64,000 nucleotides of DNA from positions 3,205 through 67,204 of the forward strand of contig JANMTS010000065.1 of assembly GCA_031390755.1 (NCBI GenBank), read 5' to 3'. Numbering within the stretch: the stretch's first letter is position 1; each line of letters opens with the position of its first letter. This document shows positions 62,472 through 64,000 of this stretch, piece after piece. This DNA is from Holophagales bacterium (GTDB taxonomy: Bacteria; Acidobacteriota; Thermoanaerobaculia; Multivoradales; UBA5704). The notes under the pieces were generated by a model. It was not told where the DNA came from, did not search any database, and was given only the letters and a program-made list of their open reading frames with translations. The translations under genes were made by a program, and so were the position numbers.

Positions 62472-63010
62472 CGCGCCGCCGCCCCCGGCGATCCTCCCCG
62501 GCGATCCTCCCCGGTAATACTCGGCCGGGGAGGCGCCGATTCCGGCGTGGCCGCCGCCGGATCGGCGTGGCCGCCGCCGGATCGAGGCTTGCGCCAGATC
62601 AGGCCGGGGAGCTGGTGGGCGACGGTGCCGGCGATCCACAGCGCCGACGCGGTCAGGTGGACGATCACCCAGATCCTGCGCCAGTCGTCGTCGACCGCGG
62701 TCTGGAGGAGGTAGCCCGAGGCCACCATCGGCACCAGGGTGAGCGCCATCGAGAGCCCTGTCCGCCTGCCGGACGCGATGCCGCGGCGCCAGTGGGACCA
62801 GATGTGGCGCTGCCAGATCAGTCCGACCGCGAACACGAGGGCCGGCGCGGCGAGCACGTGGAGATGCTGCACCTGCGGCTGCCACGGGTGGTTGACCACC
62901 GCGTAGGGGTCCGCGGGGCGGGCCAGATAGAGCATCCAGGCGTAGATCAACCCCGTGCCGCCGACCAGCACGTTCGAGGTGTGCATCCACCAGGCCTCGA
63001 AGCGGCTCAC
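62447..63010 (-). CDS. His-containing 4-TM membrane protein (DUF4405/cytochrome b-like)
   Basis: Four hydrophobic segments with His residues (HLH, VH, AH); coupled to the FMN-binding gene. Confidence 0.65.
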   Translation of the reverse strand: MSRFEAWWMHTSNVLVGGTGLIYAWMLYLARPADPYAVVNHPWQPQVQHLHVLAAPALVFAVGLIWQRHIWSHWRRGIASGRRTGLSMALTLVPMVASGYLLQTAVDDDWRRIWVIVHLTASALWIAGTVAHQLPGLIWRKPRSGGGHADPAAATPESAPPRPSITGEDRRGGSPGAAARQSSGTRR

Positions 63011-63549
63011 CGCGCCGGCGCCTCCGCCGCGATCACCTGGTGCAGCGCGAGAACCCGGCGCACCGCCGACGCCGTGGCCCGCGCGGTCAGCGTGGCGCCG
63101 GTCACCGGGTGGACGCCGGCCTTGAGCGCCAGCTCGCGGTCGAGCCGGCGGTTGCGGAACTGCTCATACCAGTTGCCCCGCGGCAGGTACTCCTCCGGCT
63201 CGCGGAAGGAGAGCACCTCGACGCGGGCCACCCGGCCCTGCGGATCGACCACCACCAGGAGCGTTTCGGGCAGCGTGCGCACGCGGTGGGTGTCGAAGTA
63301 CGCCGTGCCCACCAGCCGGCCCTCCCGCCGGGCCTCGTGGAAGGTCACGAGCGCGCTCGCCACCTCCACGCCGGAAAGCTGCTTCGCCTTCGCCACCTGC
63401 GCGGGCGTGAGATAGGCGGTCCGCCGCGTGACCTCGCACCCGGAGAAGGCGAGCCTCAGGGCCTCGTCCACGGTCAGGAAGACCTTGGCCGAGGCTCCGG
63501 CCCTCCCTCCGAGCAGCAGCAGCACGAGCAGCACGGCCGTCCGGCGCAT
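63007..63549 (-). CDS. FMN-binding (flavinylated) periplasmic protein
   Basis: Signal peptide; VTGATLT flavinylation motif; FREPEEY. Confidence 0.85.
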   Translation of the reverse strand: MRRTAVLLVLLLLGGRAGASAKVFLTVDEALRLAFSGCEVTRRTAYLTPAQVAKAKQLSGVEVASALVTFHEARREGRLVGTAYFDTHRVRTLPETLLVVVDPQGRVARVEVLSFREPEEYLPRGNWYEQFRNRRLDRELALKAGVHPVTGATLTARATASAVRRVLALHQVIAAEAPAR

Positions 63550-63550
63550 C

Positions 63551-64000
63551 CTAGAAGATCCAGCCCAGCAGCACGTTGAGCTGGTCGGTCCCCGTCCCGG
63601 CCTCGTTGTCGTAATCCTGGAGGTCGATCTTGAGGACGATCGGATCGATCGGCTTGTAGGCCACTCCGAGCGTGACGACCTCGACGTCGGTGGACGGGCT
63701 TGCCGCAAACCCTGCCGGCACCCGGTCCTGGGTGTTGTACGTCTCCCAGCGGCCATAGGGAATCAACGCCTGCTCGCCGCCCCGGCCGGCCAGCAGGTCG
63801 TAGCCGAGCTGGACATACCGGCCCGAGAGCCGTTCGCCCACCGACTGGCTGCCGGTCAGCTTGAGCGCCTGGTTGAGCGCGGTCACGTCGTCGAGCTCCG
63901 CCTGCACTCCCAGGGCGCGCACTTCCAGACCGCGCCACCGCCATTCCACATGGCCCTCCAGGATCTGCGTGCCCACGCCGATCGAGGAGCCGGCCGCCGA
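63551..64000 (-). CDS. outer-membrane porin-like protein, C-terminal part (runs off the window)
   Basis: Amphipathic beta strands ending LGWIF; upstream of the FMN-binding gene. Confidence 0.7.
   Translation of the reverse strand, partial: SAAGSSIGVGTQILEGHVEWRWRGLEVRALGVQAELDDVTALNQALKLTGSQSVGERLSGRYVQLGYDLLAGRGGEQALIPYGRWETYNTQDRVPAGFAASPSTDVEVVTLGVAYKPIDPIVLKIDLQDYDNEAGTGTDQLNVLLGWIF

Noticed and set aside
61830-62990. N-terminal extension making the TonB receptor 1207 aa
   Set aside because: A strong SD and signal peptide start at 61829; the extension overlaps two better-supported genes

Overview
GC-rich bacterial chromosomal window; the gene style suggests Acidobacteriota or a myxobacterium-like soil organism (inference only). 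The core is housekeeping: nfeD-slipin, SPOR, lnt, frameshifted prfB, aspS, aroB, ftsY, ribD/riboflavin synthase, ltaE, ridA, hpt and nadABC. Accessory islands: (1) 1-13.3 kb, a membrane Ser/Thr kinase-TPR gene and a sigma54 activator next to divergent sigma54 promoters that flank tandem palindromes. These appear to drive a DP-EP-like gene and a minus-strand operon of uncharacterised proteins (two RhiA-like paralogs, a beta-propeller, a 993-aa toxin-like protein, a tail-collar protein, a secreted MBL hydrolase and two orphans). (2) About 25 kb, a 14-unit non-coding array of ~20.4-bp period directly upstream of a coiled-coil/wHTH gene. (3) About 28 kb, a DUF262 gene coupled to a HipA-like remnant. 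(4) 51-55.5 kb, a 21-bp palindromic array, then one intact Rpn-like PD-(D/E)XK nuclease gene and two internally deleted copies that keep an independently translatable, repeat-variable C-terminal cassette, all flanked by duplicated DUF5655 sequence. The right end has a DASS transporter, a TonB-dependent receptor and part of an FMN-binding (flavinylation) cluster. No rRNA, tRNA, CRISPR array or intact IS transposase was recognised. Family assignments are from motifs read by eye; no database searches were run.
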